A stretch of 19,118 bases of DNA from positions 1-19,118 of IMG/VR virus record IMGVR_UViG_2897375277_000001; one strand, 5' to 3'. This DNA comes from a virus. Lineage: Duplodnaviria > Heunggongvirae > Uroviricota > Caudoviricetes. Shown piece after piece: positions 1-8,449 of this stretch (within the stretch, counting starts at the first letter, position 1; each line of letters begins with the position of its first letter). The position numbers and the translations under genes are program-made. The notes under the pieces were generated by a model. The model saw only the letters and a program-made list of their open reading frames with translations, was not told the DNA's origin and made no database searches.

Positions 1-58
1 GACTCAGATGAATTTCTTACTCTGTGGAATATCACTTAATGTCACTTATAGGTAAACA

Positions 59-703
59 ATGAAATCCGAAACGCTAACCATCCAGCAAATTTTCCAAAAT
101 CAACGACAATATCGTGTTCCATTCTATCAACGCGCCTACGTATGGACGCAACGAAACCAATGGTCAGCTTTGCTGGAGGATATCTTCGAAAAAGCACAGA
201 GCCGACTTTCGGGAACAAAACCAACCCCTCATTTCCTCGGCGCGGTGGTGCTGGAACCTCAACTAAAAAACAGCTTGTTAGGTGTAGATACCATACATAT
301 TATTGACGGCCAGCAACGTTTAACCACTCTTCAATATATTCTGGCATCCATTCGATTATCATTGCGTGCTACAGGCCTTTCTGAATTGGAAGGGTTAGTA
401 TTGACTTGCTTGAAAAATACAAACGAAGCAACGATGAGAAATAAAAAGGTAGAATGCTTCAAACTGTGGCCAACTTTTCGAGACCAACTCATTTTATTCA
501 TAGTCTTAATGTTGATAATATTGACGATCTCCGTAATGTATTTTCTGATAGCTTCACGCAAAATGGTACGTTACGTTAAACATTTCAACCACCCGCCGTC
601 ACTAGAGGCATTATGGTTTTTTACTGAAGCCTTTATAAAATGGATTAAAATAGAAAACCACTCACCACAAGAAAATGCGGTAGCACTAATTGAGGCTGTC
701 TGA
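59..703 (+). CDS. DUF262 (GmrS-like) N-terminal module of a GmrSD-family type IV restriction enzyme; probably the 5' part of one larger gene continuing at 773
   Basis: ATG at 59 with AGGT 5 nt upstream. Translation contains PFYQRAYVW and IIDGQQRLTT, motifs I recognise as DUF262. Same reading frame as ORF 773.., separated by four in-frame stops (701, 740, 746, 770). From about nt 480 the translation turns hydrophobic and junk-like while another frame reads more protein-like. Confidence 0.6.
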   Translation: MKSETLTIQQIFQNQRQYRVPFYQRAYVWTQRNQWSALLEDIFEKAQSRLSGTKPTPHFLGAVVLEPQLKNSLLGVDTIHIIDGQQRLTTLQYILASIRLSLRATGLSELEGLVLTCLKNTNEATMRNKKVECFKLWPTFRDQLILFIVLMLIILTISVMYFLIASRKMVRYVKHFNHPPSLEALWFFTEAFIKWIKIENHSPQENAVALIEAV

Positions 704-772
704 CGGAAATCTGAAACTGGTAAGCATATTTCTCGAAGCTGAAGATGATGCCAAATAATTTTGAAACATTAA

Positions 773-1781
773 ATGGCGAGGAGCGGAACTTCATGCAACG
801 ATCTTATTCGCAACTATATCTTTATGTGCGCTGAGCATGAAAATATTAATGCTATTGAATTATATGAAAATGAGTGGAAGAGCTTTGAAGATAAATACTG
901 GTCGGAAAAGCAACGCCGTGGACGTATTAATAAACCACGCATGGAGTGGCTTGTACATGCGACATTGCAATCAGAAAGGCAGCGTGAAATTGATCTGTCT
1001 CGCCTTTACAATGAGTATCGTGATTATGTAAGTAAGGACTTGCCTTCACAACGAGCAGATCTGCAAGTAAAGCGCCTCAAACAATATGCATCACAATATA
1101 AAGAATTGGTTGGTGGTTTTGGCACAACCCCCATCTCACACTTTGGACATCGCATCGCAGCCTATGATGTGACGACACTTTATCCGCTTGCTTTGTTCAT
1201 TTCGATAGCTAACATCGCCGATGATGAGAAAGCAGCCATGTATAATGATCTTGTCTCCTACGTAGTACGAAGAGCCGTATGTGGCCTGACGCCAAAGAAT
1301 TACAACAATGTATTTATGAATATATTGCGACACTTGTCTAAAACGGAAATTTCCAGTGTTGAGTTACGTAATATCCTCAATAGCTTAAATGGCGAAGCCT
1401 CACGTTGGCCTAGGGACTCAGAATTTCTCAACGCTTGCATCAATGCTCCACTTTATCCTGGCAGGCTCGACGCACCGAAAATGCGCTCAATGTTAACGGA
1501 ACTTGAAAGAGAACTTTGTCGCCAAGTGAAGACAGAAAAGCCTGATGTTCCAAATCTTTCTAATCTCGATATCGATCATCTTATGCCTCAAAGTTGGTAT
1601 TCCTGTTGGCCTCTCGAAAATGGTCATATGGTGACAAATTCAGATGCTACGGTATTGAACCAAATTGTTCTGTCTGGAACCGATCTTACCCCTGAACAGC
1701 TACTGGTAAGGAAACGGCAACAAGCGATAGCTACGTTGGGAAATCTAACTTTGCTTAACCTTAGCGTAAACCGTTCTGTTC
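773..1781 (+). pseudogene. GmrSD-family type IV restriction enzyme, central region plus DUF1524 nuclease domain, interrupted by IS66 after nt 1781
   Basis: Translation contains DIDHLMPQSW and GNLTLLNLSVNRSV, typical of DUF1524. The six-frame ORF continues to 1912, but 1782..1912 is IS66 terminal sequence; the native frame resumes at 4232. Confidence 0.65.
1774..1781. repeat. Left copy of 8-bp target-site duplication TTCTGTTC flanking IS66
   Basis: Identical octamer at 4224..4231 immediately outside the other IS end; 8 bp is the duplication size known for the IS66 family. Confidence 0.85.
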
Positions 1782-1818
1782 GTAAGCGTACAGCGAGGGC
1801 CGTATTGACGGGGATGTG

Positions 1819-3357
1819 TTATTCAGCTGGCAGTGCTATGCGCCACGGAAGCAGTTCGCTGACCCGGTTGACCGGCCAGTCTGCTATGACGCCAAGCACA
1901 TGGCGAAGGTAGCTTTCTGGATCCACGTCATTCAGTTTGCACGTCCCGATCAGGCTGTACAGTAGCGCTCCCCGCTCACCACCATGGTCAGAGCCGAAGA
2001 ACAGGAAGTTTTTACGACCCAGACTGACCGCCCGCAGGGCATTTTCAGCGATGTTGTTGTCGATTTCCACCCAGCCATCGTTCGCATAGTACGTCAGTGC
2101 CGGCCACTGGTTAAGTGCGTACGCGAACGCCTTCGCCAACTCTGAGTGTCGCGACAGGGTCTTCATCTTTTCACGCAACCAGCTTTCCAGGGATTTCAAC
2201 AGCGGTTTCGTTTTTCGCTGACGTTCAGCAAGCCGCTGCTCTGCCGGCATTCCCCTTATATCCGCCTCTATGGCGTACAACTGACCGATCTGCTCCAGGG
2301 CTTCTTCCGTCAGTGCTGACGGGATGCGGACGTGCACATCGTGGATCTTTCGGCGGGCATGAGCCCAGCAGGCAGCTTCCGTTATCCCACCATTGCGATA
2401 CAGCTCGTTGAACCCGGCGTACGCATCCGCTTGCAGCACACCGCTGAAGCAAGCAAGATGAGTCTGCGGATGGATGCCTTTCCTGTCCGGGCTGTAAGCG
2501 AACCACACTGCAGGTGCCAACGCTGACCCGGCATTGCGGTCATCACGAACATACGCCCACAACCGCCCGGTCTTCGTCTTCTTATTACCCGGCAGCAGTA
2601 CCTGGACCGGGGTATCATCGGCATGGAGTTTGCCGTCAGTCATGACATAGCCATGAAGCGCCTCTTCCAGCGGAGACAGCAGCCGGCAGCATGCATCCAC
2701 CCAGCCCGACAGCAGTGAACGGCTCAGCTCCACACCTTGCCGGCCGTATATTTCTGACTGGCGATACAGCGGGGTGTGCTCTGCATACTTCGAGGTCAGC
2801 ACGCGGGCCAGCAGCCCCGGTCCGGCGATACCCCGCTCGATGGGCCGCGAAGGTGCAGGTGCCTGCACGATGGCATCGCACTGAGTACAGGCATGTTTTT
2901 CCCGTACCGTCCGGATAACCCGGAAGGCGCTACGCATCAACTCCAGCTGTTCGGCGGTATCCTCGCCCAGATAGCTCAGTGAACCGCCGCAGTTCGGGCA
3001 GCACGGCGCCGCAGGCAACAGTCGCTTTTCGTCACGGGGTAGTGATTCAGGGAACGGCTTACGGGTGCGGGTCTGACGCAACGGACGCTGTACTGCCGGG
3101 TCATACACCCTACCAGTCAGCGTATCGCTCTCTTTCTGAAGCCGGTTCAGATCGGCTTCCATTTGTGCGATACGGCGGGAGACTTTTTCGGAACGACTGC
3201 CGAAGTTCATCCGGCGGAGTTTATCCAGCTGCGCCTGCAGATGGTCTATTTCGCGCTCCCGGTTGCTCAGCTTTTCCTGCAGGGCGTGGATCAGCGCTTC
3301 CTGTTCGGCCAGGCGCTGTTTCAGCAGGAAGATGTCGTCAGAAGAGATGTCGTTCAT
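1819..3357 (-). CDS. tnpC: IS66-family transposase TnpC
   Basis: 512-aa uninterrupted ORF; translation has the cysteine-rich region (CCPNCGG...CTQCD) and overall character I recognise as IS66 TnpC. Confidence 0.9.
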   Translation of the reverse strand: MNDISSDDIFLLKQRLAEQEALIHALQEKLSNREREIDHLQAQLDKLRRMNFGSRSEKVSRRIAQMEADLNRLQKESDTLTGRVYDPAVQRPLRQTRTRKPFPESLPRDEKRLLPAAPCCPNCGGSLSYLGEDTAEQLELMRSAFRVIRTVREKHACTQCDAIVQAPAPSRPIERGIAGPGLLARVLTSKYAEHTPLYRQSEIYGRQGVELSRSLLSGWVDACCRLLSPLEEALHGYVMTDGKLHADDTPVQVLLPGNKKTKTGRLWAYVRDDRNAGSALAPAVWFAYSPDRKGIHPQTHLACFSGVLQADAYAGFNELYRNGGITEAACWAHARRKIHDVHVRIPSALTEEALEQIGQLYAIEADIRGMPAEQRLAERQRKTKPLLKSLESWLREKMKTLSRHSELAKAFAYALNQWPALTYYANDGWVEIDNNIAENALRAVSLGRKNFLFFGSDHGGERGALLYSLIGTCKLNDVDPESYLRHVLGVIADWPVNRVSELLPWRIALPAE

Positions 3358-3406
3358 AAGCCCGTATTTTACCGGGCTTATTCTGTGACAACCAGGATAA
3401 AGAGAT

Positions 3407-3754
3407 TTACAGCATGGTCAGGGAGGTCAGCAGCCGCTTAGGCTGTCGCCAGTCGATACCTTCCAGCAGCATCGCCAGCTGCGCCTGCGTAAGGAACACT
3501 TTGCCATCACGGGCTGACGGCCAGGCGAAGCGCCCACGCTCCAGCCGTTTGGTCAGGAGGCACAGCCCGTCACCGGTGGACCACAGCAGTTTAACCTGAC
3601 TGCCGCTGCGGCCCCGGAAAATGAAAACATGGCCGGACATGGGATCGTCTTTCAGCGCCGTCTGTACTTTCGCAGCCAGGCCGTTGAAGCCATTTCTCAT
3701 ATCGGTGATACCGGCAACCAGCCAAATTTTGGTCCCGGAAGGTAACGGGATCAT
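3407..3754 (-). CDS. tnpB: IS66 Orf2 (TnpB)
   Basis: 115-aa ORF directly upstream of tnpC, 4-bp overlap with tnpA, size and position typical of IS66 orf2. Confidence 0.85.
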   Translation of the reverse strand: MIPLPSGTKIWLVAGITDMRNGFNGLAAKVQTALKDDPMSGHVFIFRGRSGSQVKLLWSTGDGLCLLTKRLERGRFAWPSARDGKVFLTQAQLAMLLEGIDWRQPKRLLTSLTML

Positions 3755-4152
3755 CGCTTCAGTTCCTGTATCAGCAGAGTCAGGAGCTTTTCGCTGACAT
3801 TGCCATTGAAGCGGAGCGTCCCGTGCCGGAACGTTACCTCACAGCTGATACTGAGGGTTTCCGGGTCCTCTGCGAGCGATTCTGGCTGTTCGGCAGCTGC
3901 ATCGAGAGTCACAGGAAGTAGCTGGGGGCTCTCTGAAGAAGGTAATAGCAGCTTTCCCTTGCGCCATTGTTGTCGCCATTTGAACAACAGATTGGCGTTA
4001 ATGCCATTTTCAAGAGCAAGTTTTGAGATGGATATCCCGGGTTCACAGGAGGCAGCAACGAGCTGCTGTTTAAATTCGGGAGGATAATTAGGGCAGCCTT
4101 TTCGCCTGCCGGGAGTCACATTTTTCTGCATATCTGACACTTTGGTTCCCAC
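3751..4152 (-). CDS. tnpA: IS66 Orf1 (TnpA)
   Basis: 133-aa ORF at the 5' end of the IS operon; the true start may be an internal Met. Confidence 0.8.
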   Translation of the reverse strand: MGTKVSDMQKNVTPGRRKGCPNYPPEFKQQLVAASCEPGISISKLALENGINANLLFKWRQQWRKGKLLLPSSESPQLLPVTLDAAAEQPESLAEDPETLSISCEVTFRHGTLRFNGNVSEKLLTLLIQELKR

Positions 4153-4223
4153 TACTTATTTGGTGGACACCACTTTGTCTAATTCGTCAGATTCTGACCA
4201 GACGGTTCAGGCTGTACGCTTAC

Positions 4224-4231
4224 TTCTGTTC
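4224..4231. repeat. Right copy of 8-bp target-site duplication TTCTGTTC flanking IS66
   Basis: Identical to 1774..1781. Confidence 0.85.
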
Positions 4232-4395
4232 AGAATGCTGTATTTCTGAAAAAACGTGATGCTCTCATCGTCCACACCAATCTACGACTGAACATTCCAC
4301 TTATAGTTAAGGATAAATGGGATGAGGATGAAATCCTGGAGCGGGGTAAAAAGTTGGGGGAAATTGCATTGAAAGTATGGCCAAAACACGATTAA
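4232..4395 (+). pseudogene. Displaced 3' fragment of the GmrSD-family gene (54 codons plus TAA stop at 4393..4395)
   Basis: After removing the IS and one duplication copy, codon cgt-tct-gtt-c|ag joins in frame and reads ...GNLTLLNLSVNRSV-QNAVFLKKRDALIVHTNLRLNIPLIVKDKWDEDEILERGKKLGEIALKVWPKHD*. It has no start codon of its own, so it is absent from the ORF track. Confidence 0.7.
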
Positions 4396-4418
4396 TGCAA
4401 TTAATAAAATAATTATAA

Positions 4419-4440
4419 CGGCCTTACATTAGTAAGGCCG
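4419..4440. terminator. Putative bidirectional intrinsic terminator hairpin
   Basis: Perfect 9-bp stem (CGGCCTTAC / GTAAGGCCG) with 4-nt loop ATTA, 24 nt after the restriction-gene stop; AT-rich on both sides (T-rich when read on the minus strand). Confidence 0.4.
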
Positions 4441-4490
4441 CTACTCACTATTAAATCCTTTAATTTGCATCAAGAACAGCAGTGTCAGCC

Positions 4491-4619
4491 CTAGGTCTCG
4501 GACTTTGTACCGCTTATCTTGTCTTCAAAAATCAGCTCGCATCCTGCACAGTTCAGCGCATTACGTTGTAGATCTGTGTTCTGGTCATTTATTGATACGC
4601 GTACATAGCCAATAAGCAT
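4491..4619 (-). pseudogene. Remnant of a Pin/Gin/Hin-family serine DNA invertase gene (first 42 codons only)
   Basis: Minus-strand translation from ATG at 4619: MLIGYVRVSINDQNTDLQRNALNCAGCELIFEDKISGTKSET*. This matches the N-terminus of Pin/Gin invertases as I recall them, including the catalytic-serine motif YVRVS. Only about 95 bp separate its end from the restriction-gene stop, so the remaining roughly 150 codons cannot be present. Confidence 0.75.
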
Positions 4620-4645
4620 AGTGGCTCCCTCTGACAAAAGCAGGA

Positions 4646-4981
4646 ATGATGCCATTTGCTCGTTATTTCTGCATTTTCATAAACGTTGGTTTGGGAGAAG
4701 GTGCTAACTGGGTTATGTTACCTGGAGGAATGATAATTCAGCGTGTTTATCTTGGATTTCCTGTCGGCACCAATGTAAGACACATAACTTTCCCCCGGTC
4801 GTTTACAACAACGAACTATTCCATCTCAATTAACTGGAATGATATCGGTACTGTAACAACTGAAACACAATCGCCAGCAAATGTGGCGGTTGTTCATCAA
4901 ACAAAATCATTAACAGGGGCCAGCATCTGGCAGGCAGGTCCCGGGGGATTTAATGTGGACATTATAGCGGTGGGGTATTGA
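4646..4981 (+). CDS. Alternative tail-fiber C-terminal cassette, silent in the current orientation
   Basis: The crossover site 4674..4699 lies within codons 10-18; it is followed directly by a Tfa gene and converges on the expressed fiber/Tfa pair, the G-segment-like layout. No fiber N-terminal constant region is attached. Confidence 0.55.
   Translation: MMPFARYFCIFINVGLGEGANWVMLPGGMIIQRVYLGFPVGTNVRHITFPRSFTTTNYSISINWNDIGTVTTETQSPANVAVVHQTKSLTGASIWQAGPGGFNVDIIAVGY
4674..4699. repeat. Left crossover site of invertible segment (12-2-12 invertase site, core TT)
   Basis: TTTTCATAAACG-TT-GGTTTGGGAGAA. Its inner half is the exact reverse complement of 6510..6521; the overall form resembles hix/gix-type sites. 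Confidence 0.6.
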
Positions 4982-4982
4982 T

Positions 4983-5411
4983 ATGTACGTATGGAGCGCT
5001 AAAGCAAATGGCTTTTTCCCCATATCGGAGAAAGAAAAATTTGAGGCATCAGGTCTGTGGCCTGATGATGGTGTAATAGTCAGTGAGGAAGAACATAAAA
5101 AGTTATTTACGGATATTCTACCAGGAAAACAGATTGGAACACTGAATGGAAAACCAGCACTGATAGATATTCCTCAGCCGACCAAAAAGGAATTAATAGC
5201 TATTGCTGAAGTTAAAAAATCCCAATTACGGGAAAAAGCTGACAGTGAAATATCCTGGCGTCAGGATGCTGTTGATGCTGATATCGCAACTGATGAAGAA
5301 ACTTCAACTCTCACCAAATGGAAGAAATACCGTGTGCTGCTGATGCGTGTTGATACTTCAACAGCACCCGATATTGAATGGCCTACGCCTCCGGCAGTTC
5401 AGGCCAGATGA
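4983..5411 (+). CDS. Tail fiber assembly protein (Tfa), alternative copy
   Basis: 142-aa ORF ending ...[23 protein letters not shown], the conserved Tfa C-terminal pattern. Confidence 0.8.
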   Translation: MYVWSAKANGFFPISEKEKFEASGLWPDDGVIVSEEEHKKLFTDILPGKQIGTLNGKPALIDIPQPTKKELIAIAEVKKSQLREKADSEISWRQDAVDADIATDEETSTLTKWKKYRVLLMRVDTSTAPDIEWPTPPAVQAR

Positions 5412-5988
5412 CATCCGGCGTGGTGCTGGTATCTGTTACCGTCACCGCGTCAATGTAATCCAGCACGGCGTTAAGTCGGGTTGTTTCTGCCTGCGTCAGC
5501 TTCCGCCCGGCCTGTAATTTCAGTTGAATCAGACTGATGGAAGCCATTGCAGCATCAATCAGCGACTGGCGCTGTGCTTCTGCCGCGTCTACTGCGGCAC
5601 TATGCTGTGCCTCAGTATCTGTCACCCATTTCTCACCATCCCATTTATCGTATGGCGTTAACGGGACGATAGTGGTTGTATTTTCAGGGTAATCACCCGG
5701 AGCTGTGATTTCTTTTGATTCTCCCGTTTCGGTGTTATAGACAACTTCACCGCGATGGTCTGGCACATATTCCCATGAGTTTAAATCTGCCGAACGGCAG
5801 ATTGCATAACCAACCTTATGTGTGCCAGGAGCATCTAAACAGGAATATGCAGGGATACCGACACCCACAGCAAGATATTCAGTTGATGCAGAAATATACT
5901 CCCGTGTCTCACTGTCATAGTTATAAACGGTAATCTCTCCTGCCTTTGTGGCAATAAATTTATTATTTAAGATGGCGTTATACATCAT
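5383..5988 (-). CDS. Tail fiber assembly protein (Tfa), expressed copy
   Basis: 201-aa ORF ending ...[18 protein letters not shown]; start overlaps the fiber stop (ATGA); 3' end overlaps the convergent Tfa by 29 bp. Confidence 0.8.
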   Translation of the reverse strand: MMYNAILNNKFIATKAGEITVYNYDSETREYISASTEYLAVGVGIPAYSCLDAPGTHKVGYAICRSADLNSWEYVPDHRGEVVYNTETGESKEITAPGDYPENTTTIVPLTPYDKWDGEKWVTDTEAQHSAAVDAAEAQRQSLIDAAMASISLIQLKLQAGRKLTQAETTRLNAVLDYIDAVTVTDTSTTPDVIWPELPEA

Positions 5989-6812
5989 GCAGCCCTCACA
6001 ATGTAATTAAATGAAATATTACGTGGGCGTGTCTCTGCTGCACCGACAATACTGGTACTCAACCCCGTTGCCGTTCGTTTGTTATTTTTATTTCCTTCAA
6101 TCAGACAGTTGTAATCATCATTACCAATTAACGAATTGGTGGCATCAATACTGTCCGGGGACAAGGCATTAGTTGTGGAACTTAAAGTCAGCATCTCGTC
6201 TGAACTTGGAAGATTTTTTAATGGTGTTTCATTGCGTGAAATACCCGCGTAAAAAAAGGACTCATGCCTGTGAGCTTCAAAAGAGTCATTCTGAAGACTT
6301 AGCAAGGCTCGCCCCGCATCCACTCCACGTCCATCATCCCAGCCACGAATAAATTCACCGCGTAAATCAGGCAATTTATTGGTCGGGTAAGCCTTTGCCA
6401 GTTCCGGGTATTCTTCAGCAGAAAAAGCCGCACCATTGCATTTCAGCCAGCCTGTTGGCGGAGTGGCTGAAGGCCACGGAACAGGCACCCCAACCGGTAA
6501 TGCAGAGCCTTCTCCCAAACCAAGGTTTTCGAGAGCTGTTTTCACCGTGCCATCCGATTTGATATCGCCAAACGGATTCTTGCGGCTTAACAGCAGCGCA
6601 CGAAGCGCGGTAAGCAACTGGTCGTGCCGCGCCTTCTCCAGGCTGGCACCGGAGGCCTCCACCACGCTGCAGAGTTCTTCCTGCAACATGTCAAAGTAGT
6701 CATCATCCAGATCGGTGGCAGGCGTGCCTGTCTGGGGGTTACCACGGGTAAAACCGTTCTTACCCGGGCCGAACTTATCCTTCTGCGCGGTTTTCGTGTC
6801 TATACGATGCAT
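5985..6812 (-). CDS. Tail fiber protein (constant N-terminus plus variable C-terminus currently in the expressed orientation)
   Basis: 275-aa ORF with GGAG 7 nt before the ATG; the C-terminal region has [19 protein letters not shown], which resembles the receptor-binding region of Mu S / P2 H-type fibers. The crossover site 6510..6535 lies inside the gene. Confidence 0.75.
   Translation of the reverse strand: MHRIDTKTAQKDKFGPGKNGFTRGNPQTGTPATDLDDDYFDMLQEELCSVVEASGASLEKARHDQLLTALRALLLSRKNPFGDIKSDGTVKTALENLGLGEGSALPVGVPVPWPSATPPTGWLKCNGAAFSAEEYPELAKAYPTNKLPDLRGEFIRGWDDGRGVDAGRALLSLQNDSFEAHRHESFFYAGISRNETPLKNLPSSDEMLTLSSTTNALSPDSIDATNSLIGNDDYNCLIEGNKNNKRTATGLSTSIVGAAETRPRNISFNYIVRAA
6510..6535. 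repeat. Right crossover site of invertible segment (12-2-12, core AA)
   Basis: TTCTCCCAAACC-AA-GGTTTTCGAGAG, which closely resembles the hixL sequence as I recall it (TTCTTGAAAACCAAGGTTTTTGATAA). Confidence 0.6.
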
Positions 6813-6815
6813 GGA

Positions 6816-7400
6816 TTACTCCGGATATTTAAAAATTACGTAGGTATGCGACGGGCAGAGTTTGTTAAGCACACATTCGACGACGGTGTCGCCCCAGACA
6901 CGCAGCGCGGAATCACAGGGATCGCCACATGTCATCCAGGTGGTGTTGGTGGCGGCTGGCATGTTGACCTGCCAGTAATACCGCCATTCCGGCGCATTCA
7001 CCGCGTCAGTACAGGCAGATGAGCAGGTGAAAGTGCTTTTATCGTATCGCGTGATGGTGGCATCCGGTCTGCCCAGGGCAGCAAGCTGTGCAAGGTAAAA
7101 ATCCTCATTGATGCCGCCCGCCAGATTAACCTTCGCATCCAGCCGTTGCTGACGCTGGCGAAGGGTCTGCGTTCCCGCCGGAATACATTCATCCGGCAGG
7201 CCGCACAGACGCTCCCAGCGGTTTATCAGTTCAGTGGTGGTGCGCGGATCCAGCTCCCGCATCAGGGCATCCGCACGCTGATGAACGCGGGTTAATGACG
7301 GTGCCGCACCGGCAATCGCCGGATCGCTGACTGACCACGCCGGACCGGGCGGCAACAGTGCCGACAACAGACGGATATAATCATCGTTTGTCACGTCCAT
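6816..7400 (-). CDS. YmfQ/DUF2313-family tail protein (Mu gp48-like)
   Basis: 194-aa ORF between the baseplate J-like gene and the tail fiber, overlapping its upstream neighbour; composition and position fit. Confidence 0.55.
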   Translation of the reverse strand: MDVTNDDYIRLLSALLPPGPAWSVSDPAIAGAAPSLTRVHQRADALMRELDPRTTTELINRWERLCGLPDECIPAGTQTLRQRQQRLDAKVNLAGGINEDFYLAQLAALGRPDATITRYDKSTFTCSSACTDAVNAPEWRYYWQVNMPAATNTTWMTCGDPCDSALRVWGDTVVECVLNKLCPSHTYVIFKYPE

Positions 7401-8449
7401 GAAATCGTCCCCAGAACTGCCAGCTCATTTTTTGCAATGGAGATATTGTCCGCCGGGGCAAGCAACTGATGGCTGTATTCCCCGTTCGCACCGGAAATCG
7501 CTTCACTGATACGTGACACCTTCAGTTCTCCCTGCGGATAACCATCACGCAGCAGGAACGAACGCAACTCCGCGGTGATGGCGGCTCGTATTTCCGGTGT
7601 ATCCGGCGTCACACGGATATGAAAATCCACTTTATGCGCCACCGGCCTGAATACATACAAATCAGAGCCTGCCACCGGGGCCAGTGGCTCGATATGTTGT
7701 CTTGCCGCCGTTTCCGTTGATTCTTCCGGAATGGGATTAATCAGGTCACTGCTGGCAATCATCACACCGACAGTTCCCGTTCCCATCCAGTGACGGTATG
7801 TCCATGCGCGGGTAATGCCGGGCACTTCTTTAGCCCAGACGACATAGTCCCCGTCAGCCCCGCCCTGAGGCGTCCAGTAATACCGCTCAATGACGCGGGC
7901 GCGCCACGTTTCCAGCTCTTCAGTATCAAATCCACCTGTCAGGGTATCTGCCACGCCGGAAGACGGCAGACCATTCACCGGCGTGACCAGGATTAATGAC
8001 GTACCGTCGTCAGCGTTACCGACCGCGCCTGCACTTGAGCAGGCGATCGGCACGCGCAGGACACCACCGGAGCTGGTTGCATCGGCAGTTGCCGTGTACT
8101 GAACCAGGTCATCGCGCTGAATAACACTCCCGGCGGTCACCTTCAGGCCATCGCTGACACCTTCCCAGCGCATATACCCGCTGGCAGTCGTGGCCCCCTT
8201 GCGCGGACACCGTTTCATCGCAGCATGTCGCGCCAGCCAGGACTCATCGCACAGGTCAGGCAGCATGTTCATTGCCAGATAATCGATGTACCCGTAAACC
8301 GTATGCAGCGCCGCCGCATACACCTTTGCCCGCACGTCTTCATCCATGCGCCGGAGCGTGTCGCTGACGTCCAGCCTGGCGAATAAATCGTTACGGAGCA
8401 TACTGATATTTTCTGCCAGCGTCGGGCGCTGAAATTCACTGTCCGCCAT
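7391..8449 (-). CDS. Baseplate J-like protein (Mu gp47 / P2 gpJ-like)
   Basis: 352-aa ORF in the expected position, 14-bp overlap with the upstream gene. Confidence 0.7.
   Translation of the reverse strand: MADSEFQRPTLAENISMLRNDLFARLDVSDTLRRMDEDVRAKVYAAALHTVYGYIDYLAMNMLPDLCDESWLARHAAMKRCPRKGATTASGYMRWEGVSDGLKVTAGSVIQRDDLVQYTATADATSSGGVLRVPIACSSAGAVGNADDGTSLILVTPVNGLPSSGVADTLTGGFDTEELETWRARVIERYYWTPQGGADGDYVVWAKEVPGITRAWTYRHWMGTGTVGVMIASSDLINPIPEESTETAARQHIEPLAPVAGSDLYVFRPVAHKVDFHIRVTPDTPEIRAAITAELRSFLLRDGYPQGELKVSRISEAISGANGEYSHQLLAPADNISIAKNELAVLGTISWT

Larger units (their letters stand above)
1782..4223 (-). mobile_element. IS66-family insertion sequence, 2442 bp, apparently intact
   Basis: Three consecutive minus-strand ORFs with IS66 tnpA-tnpB-tnpC organisation. 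Terminal inverted repeats begin GTAAGCGTACAGC at both ends (1782..1794 and reverse complement of 4211..4223) and are imperfect beyond 13 bp. Flanked by a perfect 8-bp direct repeat. Confidence 0.9.

Noticed and set aside
1-58. Possible sigma-70 promoter upstream of the restriction gene
   Set aside because: AT-rich, but I could not pick a convincing -35/-10 pair with proper spacing by eye; only the ribosome-binding site (AGGT) is supportable.
837-1031. 64-aa plus-strand ORF in a different frame inside the restriction gene
   Set aside because: Fully nested in the longer ORF 773.. in another frame, AT-rich low-complexity translation, no ribosome-binding site noted.
1782-1912. C-terminal 44 residues of ORF 773..1912 ([43 protein letters not shown])
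   Set aside because: This stretch is the IS66 terminal inverted repeat and end region read in the restriction-gene frame, not native protein; the native continuation is at 4232..4395.
2115-3441. Several 60-126 aa ORFs on the plus strand (2115..2411, 2332..2526, 2691..2918, 2776..2982, 2979..3359, 3163..3441) and on other minus frames inside IS66
   Set aside because: Antisense to or out of frame with the intact 512-aa tnpC; GC-rich sequence gives long spurious ORFs; Arg/Pro/Ala-rich translations.
4646-4673. Treating 4646..4981 as an independent gene starting at ATG 4646
   Set aside because: The frame is open from 4622 and the invertase crossover site sits at codons 10-18; it is better explained as the silent alternative fiber C-terminus than as a stand-alone gene.
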